Shown here: in pieces, positions 35,208 through 36,580 of the stretch
Layout of the letters: every line of letters starts with the position of its first letter
Position numbering within the stretch: position 1 is the first letter of the stretch
Source: a virus
Taxonomy: Duplodnaviria; Caudoviricetes
DNA: 36,580 bases
Strand: one strand, 5' to 3'
IMG/VR virus record: IMGVR_UViG_3300005326_000257
Coordinates: 1 to 36,580 of that record
The notes under the pieces: model-generated
What the model saw: the letters and a program-made list of their open reading frames with translations, nothing else
Database searches by the model: none
What the model was told of the DNA's origin: nothing
Program-made: the position numbers and the translations under genes

Positions 35208-35844
35208 ATATAACTATAGTGATGCATACCTGAGATATCCACTGGGGAATGAGCCGTATGAATTTGAGGATGGTAGCATAATCCAAGTGCATGATATATT
35301 TAATCCCCTGCCAGAGTTTATGAAGGCTGCAGACCTTGTTTTTGTTGATCCGCCTTGGAACCTGGGAAACATAAATACATTCTACATGAAGGCCGATAAA
35401 ACCGAGAGAGTAGATAGCTTTGAACGGTTTTACAAGCGGTTGTTTGAGTGTATAGGGGAAATATGCCCACAGGCCTGCTATGTGGAAGTGGGTAAGGAAT
35501 ACCTGGCAGACTTTATTATTGAAACGCGAAAACAGTATAAGTATGTGACGTTTTACAACAGCACCTATTACCATGGAAAAAACAAACTTTGCTATGTGGT
35601 ACGGGGCAGCAGGAAGTTTAAAAAGCCTCAGCTGGATTATATGGACGAAGAAGATATCATTGAGTGGATATGCGCAAACGAGGAATATGGGGTTATCGGG
35701 GATCTGTGCATGGGGCAGGGGCTAGTTGGGCTGAATGCCTGTAAAAATAAAAGGAAGTTTGTCGGTACGGAGCTTAACCATAAAAGGCTCTCCGTACTGT
35801 TAGAGAATATTACATTATTCAACAGGAGGGGTTGTAATGACTGA
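35200..35844 (+). CDS. SAM-dependent amino-methyltransferase-like protein (motif IV before motif I)
   Basis: DLVFVDPPWN catalytic-type motif; IGDLCMGQG SAM-binding motif; FVGTELN. Confidence 0.8.
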   Translation: MAEYNYSDAYLRYPLGNEPYEFEDGSIIQVHDIFNPLPEFMKAADLVFVDPPWNLGNINTFYMKADKTERVDSFERFYKRLFECIGEICPQACYVEVGKEYLADFIIETRKQYKYVTFYNSTYYHGKNKLCYVVRGSRKFKKPQLDYMDEEDIIEWICANEEYGVIGDLCMGQGLVGLNACKNKRKFVGTELNHKRLSVLLENITLFNRRGCND

Positions 35845-35992
35845 TAATCCACGTTTTCAGGTAAGGGATACCGAGGAAGAACTCGCTAAACTGGATGAAG
35901 CCATCAATAAACTGGGGTATAAGGATCGGGCCGATTGGTACAGGGACATGAAAAGAAAAACTGTACAAGAGGCAGACAAGCGCTTTAAATAA
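35837..35992 (+). CDS. 51-aa ribbon-helix-helix-like regulator (below track cutoff)
   Basis: GGAGG RBS; MTDNPRFQVRDTEEELAKLDEAINKLGYKDRADWYRDMKRK...; strand-helix-G-helix pattern. Confidence 0.65.
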   Translation: MTDNPRFQVRDTEEELAKLDEAINKLGYKDRADWYRDMKRKTVQEADKRFK

Positions 35993-36010
35993 CCTTCGTG
36001 GGCTTTTATT

Positions 36011-36038
36011 GAGAAGCCAGAATAGGGCTTCTTTTTTT
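36011..36038 (+). terminator. Intrinsic terminator closing the plus-strand operon
   Basis: AGAAGCC-agaatag-GGCTTCT followed by a T tract. Confidence 0.7.
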
Positions 36039-36534
36039 ATTCCTTCAGCGTAAATGCTTCAAACTCATGCCCGCATTTTGGGCAGACGATAATTTTCGGC
36101 TCCTTTTCTTTTTTCTTCGGTTCTTCTTGGTGCGTCTGCGTCATAAGCAATTCTATTTCCTCCAAATCAAAGCCGGTCAGGGTGACATCGAAGGATCCAT
36201 CGTCAATGCTCTCCAGTAAGTCTTTGAGTGCTGGTATCTCCCATGTGCCAGTGGCTTTATTCAGCGCAACGTTTAGGGCTTTCTCTCTCTTCTCGTCCAG
36301 GTCTACGATCACGCAGTCTATTTCCTTTTCGCCCAGTTCCTTGAGGATTTTCAGGCGTTGATGGCCTCCGACAATGGTATTGTTGCGTTGATTTACGATA
36401 ATTGGCTCGACATAGCCGAATTCTTGGATGGAACGCTTGATTTTCTCATACATTGGCGTTCCTGGTTGAAGATCAACCCTCGGATTATATTTTGCCGGTT
36501 TGAGTTTGCTGATGCTGATTTTCTGGATTTGCAT
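36037..36534 (-). CDS. Phage ParB N-terminal domain protein with C-terminal CPKC zinc knuckle
   Basis: LKPAKYNPR; IKRSIQEFGYVEPIIVN; IVGGHQRL; EKALNVALNK; CPKCGHEF. ATG 36534 after GGGGG RBS. Confidence 0.9.
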   Translation of the reverse strand: MQIQKISISKLKPAKYNPRVDLQPGTPMYEKIKRSIQEFGYVEPIIVNQRNNTIVGGHQRLKILKELGEKEIDCVIVDLDEKREKALNVALNKATGTWEIPALKDLLESIDDGSFDVTLTGFDLEEIELLMTQTHQEEPKKKEKEPKIIVCPKCGHEFEAFTLKE

Positions 36535-36580
36535 GGTGCAAATTCCCCCTTTCATAATTTTGCGAAATCTCACGGAGAGC

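Noticed and set aside
30300-35860. Minus-strand ORFs within the plus-strand operon
   Set aside because: Antisense shadows of motif-supported genes.

Overview
Most of this window (~0.9-36.6 kb) is a large part of a temperate, HK97-fold siphophage genome of Bacillota (Clostridia-like) type, with strong GGAGG RBSs and sigmaA promoters. It appears to be in the excised/attP configuration. Left to right: an AT-rich HAD-hydrolase segment that does not look phage-like; the leftward early operon (BRO antirepressor, HNH, Cro-like) interleaved with small rightward genes; a short cI-like repressor and tyrosine integrase; a putative attP; an SOS-box-controlled small gene and a membrane moron; then the minus-strand lysis, tail, head and terminase modules; and a 6.5-kb plus-strand operon between terS and a ParB-like gene. 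Replication genes are absent. Main observations: (1) the plus-strand operon (SNF2 helicase, degenerate helicase-like protein, PAPS-reductase/IbrA-like, ParB/IbrB-like, DPPW methyltransferase, RHH regulator) has a consensus promoter and an apparently complete HDV-like self-cleaving ribozyme (29929-29989) between its first two genes; (2) the attP core resembles the 5' end of a tRNA, with a phage promoter placed to drive that tRNA after integration; (3) a Maf/GT29-like glycosyltransferase sits among Ser/Thr-rich virion genes; (4) several genes seem to start at ACG/ATA/ATC; (5) virion proteins carry nested domain insertions. All calls come from reading motifs by eye; no searches or folding programs were run.
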